The position numbers were made by a program, and so were the translations under genes. A stretch of 64,000 nucleotides of DNA, taken from assembly GCA_964057225.1 (NCBI GenBank), contig OZ059900.1, positions 868,001-932,000 on the forward strand, read 5' to 3'. Every line of letters starts with the position of its first letter. Positions within the stretch are counted from its first letter, which is position 1. Positions 43,210 to 56,580 of this stretch are shown piece after piece. A model generated the notes under the pieces. It did not search any database, was not told the origin of the DNA, and saw nothing but the letters and a program-made list of their open reading frames with translations. The DNA is from Auanema rhodensis. Its lineage: Eukaryota; Animalia; Nematoda.

Positions 43210-45915
43210 TCAAAAAAGGTCGAAAATAGAAAGAATTTTTGAAATTTCCGAGTTTTGAGTCTAATTTGGCTAAATCGCTCATATATATGATCAAAAGCAT
43301 AGTTTTACTGTCTATGATAACAAAAGTCTTCAAATATACACTAATAATGTGTAAATCACTGAATTTCACTCAAATAGCATTACTACACTAAGTATGGTCG
43401 TTTTTATGCCTTTAACACCATATACTCACCGATTTTTGGTACAAAATCTGTGATACTCGTAAATTTTGATCATATTCGGTGAGATTCGAGGATCGAACAC
43501 ACAATACACGAAATAAGTTTATTTTTACGAGTTTGCACTGATATTTATTCATTTTTATCAAAAAAGGTCGAAAATAGAAAGAATTTTTGAAATTTCCGAG
43601 TTTTGAGTCTAATTTGGCTAAATCGCTCATATATATGATCAAACGCATAGTTTTACTGTCTATGATAACAGAAGTCTTCAAATATACACTAATAATGTGT
43701 AAATCACTGAATTTCACTCAATTAGCATTACTACACTAAGTATGGTCGTTTTTATGCCTTTAACACCATATACTCACCGATTTGTGGTACAAAATCTGTA
43801 ATACTCGTAAATTTTGATCATATTCGTTAAGATTTGAGAATCAAACATACAATACACAAAATCAGTCTATTTTTATAAGCTTGCACTGATATATATTCAT
43901 TTTGATCAAAAAAGGTCGAAAATAGAAAGAATTTTTGAAATTTCCGAGTTTTGAGTCTAATTTGGCTAAATCGCTCATATATATGATCAAAAGCATAGTT
44001 TTACTGTCTATGATAACAAAAGTCTTCAAATATACACTAATAATGATTAAATCACTGAATTTCACTCAAATAGCATTACTACACTAAGTATGGTCGTTTT
44101 TATGCCTTTAACACCATATACTCACCGATTTTTGGTACAAAATCTGTGATACTCGTAAATTTTGATCATATTCGGTGAGATTCGAGAATCAAACACACAA
44201 TACACGAAATAAGTTTATTTTTACGAGTTTGCACTGATATTTATTCATTTTGATCAAAAAAGGTCGAAAATAGAAAGAATTTTTGAAATTTCCGAGTTTT
44301 GAGTCTAATTTGGCTAAATCGCTCATATATATGATCAAAAGCATAGTTTTATTGTCTATGACAACAAAAGTCATCAATTAAACGCTAGTGATGTTTAAAT
44401 ACTGAATTTCGCTCAAATAGCATTACTACACTAAGTATGGTCGTTTTTATGCCTTTAACACCATATACTCACCGATTTTTGGTACAAAATCTGTAATACT
44501 CGTAAATTTTGATCATATTCGTTAAGATTTGAGAATCAAACATACAATACACAAAATCAGTCTATTTTTATGAGCTTGCACTGATATATATTCATTTTGA
44601 TCAAAAAAGGTCGAAAATAGAAAGAATTTTTGAAATTTCCGAGTTTTGAGTCTAATTTGGCTAAATCGCTCATATATATGATCAAAAGCATAGTTTTACT
44701 GTCTATGATAACAAAAGTCTTCAAATATACACTAATAATGTGTAAATCACTGAATTTCACTCAAATAGCATTACTACACTAAGTATGGTCGTTTTTATGC
44801 CTTTAACACCATATACTCACCGATTTTTGGTACAAAATCTGTGATACTCGTAAATTTTGATCATATTCGGTGAGATTCGAGGATCGAACACACAATACAC
44901 GAAATAAGTTTATTTTTACGAGTTTGCACTGATATTTATTCATTTTTATCAAAAAAGGTCGAAAATAGAAAGAATTTTTGAAATTTCCGAGTTTTGAGTC
45001 TAATTTGGCTAAATCGCTCATATATATGATCAAACGCATAGTTTTACTGTCTATGATAACAGAAGTCTTCAAATATACACTAATAATGTGTAAATCACTG
45101 AATTTCACTCAATTAGCATTACTACACTAAGTATGGTCGTTTTTATGCCTTTAACACCATATACTCACCGATTTTTGGTACAAAATCTGTAATACTCGTA
45201 AATTTTGATCATATTCGTTAAGATTTGAGAATCAAACATACAATACACAAAATCAGTCTATTTTTATAAGCTTGCACTGATATATATTCATTTTGATCAA
45301 AAAAGGTCGAAAATAGAAAGAATTTTTGAAATTTCCGAGTTTTGAGTCTAATTTGGCTAAATCGCTCATATATATGATCAAAAGCATAGTTTTACTGTCT
45401 ATGATAACAAAAGTCTTCAAATATACACTAATAATGATTAAATCACTGAATTTCACTCAAATAGCATTACTACACTAAGTATGGTCGTTTTTATGCCTTT
45501 AACACCATATACTCACCGATTTTTGGTACAAAATCTGTGATACTCGTAAATTTTGATCATATTCGGTGAGATTCGAGAATCAAACACACAATACACGAAA
45601 TAAGTTTATTTTTACGAGTTTGCACTGATATTTATTCATTTTGATCAAAAAAGGTCGAAAATAGAAAGAATTTTTGAAATTTCCGAGTTTTGAGTCTAAT
45701 TTGGCTAAATCGCTCATATATATGATCAAAAGCATAGTTTTATTGTCTATGACAACAAAAGTCATCAATTAAACGCTAGTGATGTTTAAATACTGAATTT
45801 CGCTCAAATAGCATTACTACACTAAGTATGGTCGTTTTTATGCCTTTAACACCATATACTCACCGATTTTTGGTACAAAATCTGTAATACTCGTAAATTT
45901 TGATCATATTCGTTA
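43210..45915 (+). repeat. 4-monomer duplication (1391 bp), approximate limits
   Basis: Offsets 43412/44803, 43862/45253 and 44189/45580 = 1391. The private variants acagaagtc and ctcaattagc occur in both copies. Confidence 0.85.
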
Positions 45916-47887
45916 AGAGTCGAGAATCAAACACATAATACACGAAATAAGTCTATTTTTATGAGTTTGCACTGATATTTATTCATTTTGATCAAAAAAG
46001 GTCGAAAATAGAAAGAATTTTTGAATTTTCCGAGTTTTGAGTCCAATTGGGCTAAATCGCTCATATATATGATCAAAAGCATAGTTTTACTGTCTATGAT
46101 AACAAAAGTCTTCAAATATACACTAATAATGATTAAATCACTGAATTTCACTCAAATAGCATTACTACACTAAGTATGGTCGTTTTTATGCCTTTAACAC
46201 CATATACTCACCGATTTTTGGTACAAAATCTGTGATACTCGTAAATTTTGATCATATTCGGTGAGATTCGAGAATCAAACACACAATACACGAAATAAGT
46301 TTATTTTTACGAGTTTGCACTGATATTTATTCATTTTGATCAAAAAAGGTCGAAAATAGAAAGAATTTTTGAAATTTCCGAGTTTTGAGTCTAATTTGGC
46401 TAAATCGCTCATATATATGATCAAAAGCATAGTTTTATTGTCTATGACAACAAAAGTCATCAATTAAACGCTAGTGATGTTTAAATACTGAATTTCGCTC
46501 AAATAGCATTACTACACTAAGTATGGTCGTTTTTATGCCTTTAACACCATATACTCACCGATTTTTGGTACAAAATCTGTAATACTCGTAAATTTTGATC
46601 ATATTCGTTAAGATTTGAGAATCAAACATACAATACACAAAATCAGTCTATTTTTATGAGCTTGCACTGATATATATTCATTTTGATCAAAAAAGGTCGA
46701 AAATAGAAAGAATTTTTGAAATTTACGAGTTTTGAGTCTAATTTGGCTAAATCGCTCATATATATGATCAGAAGCATAGTTTTATTGTCTATGACAACAA
46801 AAGTCATTAGTTAAACACTAATGATGTTTAAATCACTAAATTTCGCTCAAATAGCATTACTACACTAAGTATGGTCGTTTTTATGCCTTTAACACCATAT
46901 ACTCACCGATTTTTGGTACAAATCTGTGATACTCGTAAATTTTGATCATATTCGGTGAGATTCGAGAATCAAACACACAATACACGAAATAAGTTTATTT
47001 TTACGAGTTTGCACTGATATTTATTCATTTTGATCAAAAAAGGTCGAAAATAGAAAGAATTTTTGAAATTTCCGAGTTTTGAGTCTAATTTGGCTAAATC
47101 GCTCATATATATGATCAAAAGCATAGTTTTATTGTCTATGACAACAAAAGTCATCAATTAAACGCTAGTGATGTTTAAATACTGAATTTCGCTCAAATAG
47201 CATTACTACACTAAGTATGGTCGTTTTTATGCCTTTAACACCATATACTCACCGATTTTTGGTACAAAATCTGTAATACTCGTAAATTTTGATCATATTC
47301 GTTAAGATTTGAGAATCAAACATACAATACACAAAATCAGTCTATTTTTATGAGCTTGCACTGATATATATTCATTTTGATCAAAAAAGGTCGAAAATAG
47401 AAAGAATTTTTGAAATTTACGAGTTTTGAGTCTAATTTGGCTAAATCGCTCATATATATGATCAGAAGCATAGTTTTATTGTCTATGACAACAAAAGTCA
47501 TTAGTTAAACACTAATGATGTTTAAATCACTAAATTTCGCTCAAATAGCATTACTACACTAAGTATGGTCGTTTTTATGCCTTTAACACCATATACTCAC
47601 CGATTTTTGGTACAAAATCTGTAATACTTGTAAATTTTGATCATATTCGTTAAGAGTCGAGAATCAAACACATAATACACGAAATAAGTCTATTTTTATG
47701 AGTTTGCACTGATATTTATTCATTTTGATCAATAAAGGTCGAAAATAGAAAGAATTTTTGAATTTTCCGAGTTTTGAGTCCAATTGGGCTAAATCGCTCA
47801 TATATATGATCAAAAGCATAGTTTTACTGTCTATGATAACAAAAGTCTTCAAATATACACTAATAATGATTAAATCACTGAATTTCA

Positions 47888-47912
47888 CTCAAATAGCATT
47901 ACTACACTTGAG
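47888..47912. other. Left inversion junction: interrupted palindrome, 15-nt spacer, 1-bp microhomology
   Basis: ctcaa(47888-47892)-atagcattactacac-ttgag(47908-47912). Forward ...actacacT joins reverse Ttgagcgaaattc sharing T47908. Confidence 0.93.
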
Positions 47913-50900
47913 CGAAATTCAGTATTTAAACATCACTAGCGTTTAATTGATGACTTTTGTTGTCATAGACAATAAAACTATGCTTTTGATCATATATATG
48001 AGCGATTTAGCCAAATTAGACTCAAAACTCGGAAATTTCAAAAATTCTTTCTATTTTCGACCTTTTTTGATCAAAATGAATAAATATCAGTGCAAACTCG
48101 TAAAAATAAACTTATTTCGTGTATTGTGTGTTTGATTCTCGAATCTCACCGAATATGATCAAAATTTACGAGTATCACAGATTTTGTACCAAAAATCGGT
48201 GAGTATATGGTGTTAAAGGCATAAAAACGACCATACTTAGTGTAGTAATGCTATTTGAGTGAAATTCAGTGATTTAATCATTATTAGTGTATATTTGAAG
48301 ACTTTTGTTATCATAGACAGTAAAACTATGCTTTTGATCATATATATGAGCGATTTAGCCCAATTGGACTCAAAACTCGGAAAATTCAAAAATTCTTTCT
48401 ATTTTCGACCTTTTTTGATCAAAATGAATAAATATCAGTGCAAACTCATAAAAATAGACTTATTTCGTGTATTATGTGTTTGATTCTCGACTCTTAACGA
48501 ATATGATCAAAATTTACAAGTATTACAGATTTTGTACCAAAAATCGGTGAGTATATGGTGTTAAAGGCATAAAAACGACCATACTTAGTGTAGTAATGCT
48601 ATTTGAGCGAAATTCAGTATTTAAACATCACTAGCGTTTAATTGATGACTTTTGTTGTCATAGACAATAAAACTATGCTTTTGATCATATATATGAGCGA
48701 TTTAGCCAAATTAGACTCAAAACTCGGAAATTTCAAAAATTCTTTCTATTTTCGACCTTTTTTGATCAAAATGAATAAATATCAGTGCAAACTCGTAAAA
48801 ATAAACTTATTTCGTGTATTGTGTGTTTGATTCTCGAATCTCACCGAATATGATCAAAATTTACGAGTATCACAGATTTGTACCAAAAATCGGTGAGTAT
48901 ATGGTGTTAAAGGCATAAAAACGACCATACTTAGTGTAGTAATGCTATTTGAGCGAAATTTAGTGATTTAAACATCATTAGTGTTTAACTAATGACTTTT
49001 GTTGTCATAGACAATAAAACTATGCTTCTGATCATATATATGAGCGATTTAGCCAAATTAGACTCAAAACTCGTAAATTTCAAAAATTCTTTCTATTTTC
49101 GACCTTTTTTGATCAAAATGAATATATATCAGTGCAAGCTCATAAAAATAGACTGATTTTGTGTATTGTATGTTTGATTCTCAAATCTTAACGAATATGA
49201 TCAAAATTTACGAGTATTACAGATTTTGTACCAAAAATCGGTGAGTATATGGTGTTAAAGGCATAAAAACGACCATACTTAGTGTAGTAATGCTATTTGA
49301 GCGAAATTCAGTATTTAAACATCACTAGCGTTTAATTGATGACTTTTGTTGTCATAGACAATAAAACTATGCTTTTGATCATATATATGAGCGATTTAGC
49401 CAAATTAGACTCAAAACTCGGAAATTTCAAAAATTCTTTCTATTTTCGACCTTTTTTGATCAAAATGAATAAATATCAGTGCAAACTCGTAAAAATAAAC
49501 TTATTTCGTGTATTGTGTGTTTGATTCTCGAATCTCACCGAATATGATCAAAATTTACGAGTATCACAGATTTTGTACCAAAAATCGGTGAGTATATGGT
49601 GTTAAAGGCATAAAAACGACCATACTTAGTGTAGTAATGCTATTTGAGTGAAATTCAGTGATTTAATCATTATTAGTGTATATTTGAAGACTTTTGTTAT
49701 CATAGACAGTAAAACTATGCTTTTGATCATATATATGAGCGATTTAGCCCAATTGGACTCAAAACTCGGAAAATTCAAAAATTCTTTCTATTTTCGACCT
49801 TTTTTGATCAAAATGAATAAATATCAGTGCAAACTCATAAAAATAGACTTATTTCGTGTATTATGTGTTTGATTCTCGACTCTTAACGAATATGATCAAA
49901 ATTTACAAGTATTACAGATTTTGTACCAAAAATCGGTGAGTATATGGTGTTAAAGGCATAAAAACGACCATACTTAGTGTAGTAATGCTATTTGAGCGAA
50001 ATTTAGTGATTTAAACATCATTAGTGTTTAACTAATGACTTTTGTTGTCATAGACAATAAAACTATGCTTCTGATCATATATATGAGCGATTTAGCCAAA
50101 TTAGACTCAAAACTCGTAAATTTCAAAAATTCTTTCTATTTTCGACCTTTTTTGATCAAAATGAATATATATCAGTGCAAGCTCATAAAAATAGACTGAT
50201 TTTGTGTATTGTATGTTTGATTCTCAAATCTTAACGAATATGATCAAAATTTACGAGTATTACAGATTTTGTACCAAAAATCGGTGAGTATATGGTGTTA
50301 AAGGCATAAAAACGACCATACTTAGTGTAGTAATGCTATTTGAGCGAAATTCAGTATTTAAACATCACTAGCGTTTAATTGATGACTTTTGTTGTCATAG
50401 ACAATAAAACTATGCTTTTGATCATATATATGAGCGATTTAGCCAAATTAGACTCAAAACTCGTAAATTTCAAAAATTCTTTCTATTTTCGACCTTTTTT
50501 GATCAAAATGAATATATATCAGTGCAAGCTCATAAAAATAGACTGATTTTGTGTATTGTATGTTTGATTCTCAAATCTTAACGAAAATGATCAAAATTTA
50601 CGAGTATTACAGATTTTGTACCAAAAATCGGTGAGTATATGGTGTTAAAGGCATAAAAACGACCATACTTAGTGTAGTAATGCTATTTGAGCGAAAATCA
50701 GTATTTAAACATCACTAGCGTTTAATTGATGACTTTTGTTGTCATAGACAATGAAACTATGCTTCTGATCATGTATATGAGCGATTTAGCCAAATTAGAC
50801 TCAAAACTCGGAAATTTCAAAAATTCTTTCTATTTTCGACCTTTTTTGATCAAAATGAATATATATCAGTGCAAGCTTATAAAAATAGACTGATTTTGTG

Positions 50901-53900
50901 TATTGTATGTTTGATTCTCAAATCTTAACGAATATGATCAAAATTTACAAGTATTACAGATTTTGTACCAAAAATCGGTGAGTATATGGTGTTAAAGGCA
51001 TAAAAACGACCATACTTAGTGTAGTAATGCTATTTGAGCGAAATTTAGTGATTTAAACATCATTAGTGTTTAACTAATGACTTTTGTTGTCATAGACAAT
51101 AAAACTATGCTTCTGATCATATATATGAGCGATTTAGCCAAATTAGACTCAAAACTCGTAAATTTCAAAAATTCTTTCTATTTTCGACCTTTTTTGATCA
51201 AAATGAATAAATATCAGTGCAAACTCGTAAAAATAAACTTATTTCGTGTATTGTGTGTTTGATTCTCGAATCTCACCGAATATGATCAAAATTTACGAGT
51301 ATCACAGATTTGTACCAAAAATCGGTGAGTATATGGTGTTAAAGGCATAAAAACGACCATACTTAGTGTAGTAATGCTATTTGAGCGAAATTTAGTGATT
51401 TAAACATCATTAGTGTTTAACTAATGACTTTTGTTGTCATAGACAATAAAACTATGCTTCTGATCATATATATGAGCGATTTAGCCAAATTAGACTCAAA
51501 ACTCGTAAATTTCAAAAATTCTTTCTATTTTCGACCTTTTTTGATCAAAATGAATATATATCAGTGCAAGCTCATAAAAATAGACTGATTTTGTGTATTG
51601 TATGTTTGATTCTCAAATCTTAACGAAAATGATCAAAATTTACGAGTATTACAGATTTTGTACCAAAAATCGGTGAGTATATGGTGTTAAAGGCATAAAA
51701 ACGACCATACTTAGTGTAGTAATGCTATTTGAGCGAAAATCAGTATTTAAACATCACTAGCGTTTAATTGATGACTTTTGTTGTCATAGACAATGAAACT
51801 ATGCTTCTGATCATGTATATGAGCGATTTAGCCAAATTAGACTCAAAACTCGGAAATTTCAAAAATTCTTTCTATTTTCGACCTTTTTTGATCAAAATGA
51901 ATATATATCAGTGCAAGCTTATAAAAATAGACTGATTTTGTGTATTGTATGTTTGATTCTCAAATCTTAACGAATATGATCAAAATTTACGAGTATTACA
52001 GATTTTGTACCAAAAATCGGTGAGTATATGGTGTTAAAGGCATAAAAACGACCATACTTAGTGTAGTAAAGCTATTTGAGTGAAATTCAGTGATTTACAC
52101 ATTATTAGTGTATATTTGAAGACTTTTGTTATCATAGACAGTAAAACTATGCTTTTGATCATATATATGAGCGATTTAGCCAAATTAGACTCAAAACTCG
52201 GAAATTTCAAAAATTCTTTCTATTTTCGACCTTTTTTGATAAAAATGAATAAATATCAGTGCAAACTCGTAAAAATAAACTTATTTCGTGTATTGTGTGT
52301 TCGATCCTCGAATCTCACCGAATATGATCAAAATTTACGAGTATCACACCTTTTTTGATCAAAATGAATATATATCAGTGCAAACTCATAAAAATAGACT
52401 GATTTTGTTCATTGTGTGTTTGATTTTCAAATGTGAAATCTTAACGAAAATGATCAAAATTTACGAGTATTACAGATTTTGTACCAAAAATCGGTGAGTA
52501 TATGGTGTTAAAGGCATAAAAACGACCATACTTAGTGTAGTAATGCTATTTGAGCGAAATTCAGTATTTAAACATCACTAGCGTTTAATTGATGACTTTT
52601 GTTGTTATAGACAATAAAACTATGCTTCTGATCATGTATATGAGCGATTTAGTCAAATTAGACTCAAAACTCGGAAATTTCAAAAATTCTTTCTATTTTC
52701 GACCTTTTTTGATCAAAATGAATATATATCAGTGCAAGCTTATAAAAATAGACTGATTTTGTGTATTGTATGTTTGATTCTCGAATCTTAACAAATATGA
52801 TCAAAATTTACAAGTATTACAGATTTTGTACCAAAAATCGGTGAGTATATGGTGTTAAAGGCATAAAAACGACCATACTTAGTGTAGTAATGCTATTTGA
52901 GCGAAATTCAGTATTTAAACATCACTAGCGTTTAATTGATGACTTTTGTTGTTATAGACAATAAAACTATGCTTTTGATCTTATATATGAGCGATTTAGC
53001 CAAATTGGACTCAAAACTCGGAAATTTCAAAAATTCTTTCTATTTTCGACCTTTTTTGATCAAAATGAATAAATATCAGTGCAAACTTGTAAAAATAGAC
53101 TTATTTTGTGTATTATGTGTTTGATTCTCAAATCTTAACAAATATGATCAAAATTTACAAGTATTACAGATTTTGTACCAAAAATCGGTGAGTATATGGT
53201 GTTAAAGGCATAAAAACGACCATACTTAGTGTAGTAATGCTATTTGACTGAAATTCAGTGATTTAATCATTATTAGTGTATATTTGAAGACTTTTGTTAT
53301 CATAGACAGTAAAACTATGCTTTTTATCATATATATGAGCGATTTAGCCAAATTAGACTCAAAACTCGGAAATTTCGAAAATTCTTTCTATTTTCGACCT
53401 TTTTTGATCAAAGTGAATAAATATCAGTGCAAACTCGTAAAAATAAACTGATTTTGTGTATCGTATGTTTGATTCTCAAATCTTAACGAATATGATCAAA
53501 ATTTACGAGTATTACAGATTTTGTACCAAAAATCGGTGAGTATATGGTGTTAAAGGCATAAAAACGACCATACTTAGTGTAGTAATGCTATTTGAGCGAA
53601 AATCAGTATTTAAACATCACTAGCGTTTAATTGATGATTTTTGTTGTCATAGACAATAAAACTATGCTTGTGATCATATATATGAGCGAATTAGCCAAAT
53701 TAGACTCAAAACTCGGAAATTTCAAAAATTCTTTCTATTTTCGACCTTTTTTGATCAAAATGAATAAATATCAGTGCAAACTCGTAAAAATAAACTTATT
53801 TCGTGTATTGTGTGTTTGATTCTCGAATCTCACCGAATATGATCAAAATTTACGAGTATCACAGATTTGTACCAAAAATCGGTGAGTATATGGTGTTAAA

Positions 53901-56580
53901 GGCATAAAAACGACCATACTTAGTGTAGTAATGCTATTTGAGCGAAATTTAGTGATTTAAACATCATTAGTGTTTAACTAATGACTTTTGTTGTCATAGA
54001 CAATAAAACTATGCTTCTGATCATATATATGAGCGATTTAGCCAAATTAGACTCAAAATCGGAAATTTCAAAAATTCTTTCTATTTTCGACCTTTTTTGA
54101 TCAAAATGAATAAATATCAGTGCAAACTCGTAAAAATAAACTGATTTTGTGTATCGTATGTTTGATTCTCAAATCTTAACGAATATGATCAAAATTTACG
54201 AGTATTACAGATTTTGTACCAAAAATCGGTGAGTATATGGTGTTAAAGGCATAAAAACGACCATACTTAGTGTAGTAATGCTATTTGAGCGAAATTCAGT
54301 ATTTAAACATCACTAGCGTTTAATTGATGACTTTTGTTGTTATAGACAATAAAACTATGCTTTTGATCTTATATATGAGCGATTTAGCCAAATTGGACTC
54401 AAAACTCGGAAATTTCAAAAATTCTTTCTATTTTCGACCTTTTTTGATCAAAATGAATAAATATCAGTGCAAACTCATAAAAATAGACTTATTTCGTGTA
54501 TTATGTGTTTGATTCTCGAATCTTAACAAATTTGATCAAAATTTACAAGTATTACAGATTTTGTACCAAAAATCGGTGAGTATATGGTGTTAAAGGCATA
54601 AAAACGACCATACTTAGTGTAGTAATGCTATTTGAGCGAAAATCAGTATTTAAACATCACTAGCGTTTAATTGATGACTTTTGTTGTCATAGACAATAAA
54701 ACTATGCTTCTGATCATATATATGAGCGATTTAGCCAAATTAGACTCAAAACTCGGAAATTTCAAAAATTCTTTCTATTTTCGACCTTTTTTGATCAAAA
54801 TGAATATATATCAGTGCAAGCTCATAAAAATAGACTGATTTTTTGTATTGTATGTTTGATTCTCAAATCTTAACGAATATGATCAAAATTTACGAGTATT
54901 ACAGATTTTGTACCAAAAATCGGTGAGTATATGGTGTTAAAGGCATAAAAACGACCATACTTAGTGTAGTAATGCTATTTGAGCGAAATTCAGTATTTAA
55001 ACATCACTAGCGTTTAATTGATGACTTTTGTTGTTATAGACAATAAAACTATGCTTTTGATCTTATATATGAGCGATTTAGCCAAATTGGACTCAAAACT
55101 CGGAAATTTCAAAAATTCTTTCTATTTTCGACCTTTTTTGATCAAAATGAATAAATATCAGTGCAAACTTGTAAAAATAGACTTATTTCGTGTATTATGT
55201 GTTTGATTCTCGAATCTTAACAAATATGATCAAAATTTACAAGTATTACAGATTTTGTACCAAAAATCGGTGAGTATATGGTGTTAAAGGCATAAAAACG
55301 ACCATACTTAGTGTAGTAATGCTATTTGACTGAAATTCAGTGATTTAATCATTATTAGTGTATATTTGAAGACTTTTGTTATCATAGACAGTAAAACTAT
55401 GCTTTTGATCATATATATGAGCGATTTAGCCAAATTAGACTCAAAACTCGGAAATTTCAAAAATTCTTTCTATTTTCGACCTTTTTTGATCAAAATGAAT
55501 ATATATCAGTGCAAGCTCATAAAAATAGACTGATTTTTTGTATTGTATGTTTGATTCTCAAATCTTAACGAATATGATCAAAATTTACGAGTATTACAGA
55601 TTTTGTACCAAAAATCGGTGAGTATATGGTGTTAAAGGCATAAAAACGACCATACTTAGTGTAGTAATGCTATTTGAGCGAAATTCAGTATTTAAACATC
55701 ACTAGCGTTTAATTGATGACTTTTGTTGTTATAGACAATAAAACTATGCTTTTGATCTTATATATGAGCGATTTAGCCAAATTGGACTCAAAACTCGGAA
55801 ATTTCAAAAATTCTTTCTATTTTCGACCTTTTTTGATCAAAATGAATAAATATCAGTGCAAACTTGTAAAAATAGACTTATTTCGTGTATTATGTGTTTG
55901 ATTCTCGAATCTTAACAAATATGATCAAAATTTACAAGTATTACAGATTTTGTACCAAAAATCGGTGAGTATATGGTGTTAAAGGCATAAAAACGACCAT
56001 ACTTAGTGTAGTAATGCTATTTGACTGAAATTCAGTGATTTAATCATTATTAGTGTATATTTGAAGACTTTTGTTATCATAGACAGTAAAACTATGCTTT
56101 TGATCATATATATGAGCGATTTAGCCCAATTGGACTCAAAACTCGGAAAATTCAAAAATTCTTTCTATTTTCGACCTTTTTTGATCAAAATGAATAAATA
56201 TCAGTGCAAACTCGTGAAAATAAACTCATTTCGTGTATTGTGTGTTTGATTCTCGAATCTTAACGAATATGATCGAAATTTACGAGTATCACAGATTTTG
56301 TATTTGTACCGATTTACTAGCGTTTAATTGATGATTTTTGTTGTCATAGACAATAAAACTATGCTTCTGATCATATATATGAGCGATTTAGCCAAATTAG
56401 ACTCAAAACTAGGAAATTTCAAAAATTCTTTCTATTTTCGACCTTTTTTGATCAAAATGAATAAATATCAGTGCAAACTCATAAAAATAGACTTATTTCG
56501 TGTATTATGTGTTTGATTCTCGAATCTTAACGAATATGATCAAAATTTACAAGTATTACAGATTTTGTACCAAAAATCGG
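47909..56580 (-). repeat. Inverted satellite block (~8.7 kb, ~25 monomers)
   Basis: Monomers read cgaccatacttagtgtagtaatgctatttgag on + (reverse complement of the core). The recurrent ORF switches to the + strand from 47947 to 56516. Confidence 0.98.
52349..52474 (-). repeat. Truncated 126-bp marker monomer, copy 3 (inverted)
   Basis: gtatcacacc at 52341-52350 and aaatgtg at 52429-52435 are reverse complements of the deletion junction and insertion of copies 1 and 2. Confidence 0.93.

Larger units (their letters stand above)
1..47908 (+). repeat. Left satellite domain, forward orientation (~138 monomers)
   Basis: Monomers read ...gcattactacactaagtatggtcg... on + and the recurrent ORF lies on the - strand up to 47888. 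Confidence 0.97.

Noticed and set aside
47758-47946. Unique ORFs spanning junctions (47758-47946, 56500-56694, 19894-20103, 24881-25090, 52288-52497)
   Set aside because: They are chance fusions of satellite frames created by the inversion and deletion breakpoints.
47909-56580. Inversion as a pure assembly or chimeric-read fold-back artefact
   Set aside because: An artefact would give essentially identical arms. Here the arms differ in monomer order and carry private SNPs and indels. It is not fully excluded without raw reads.
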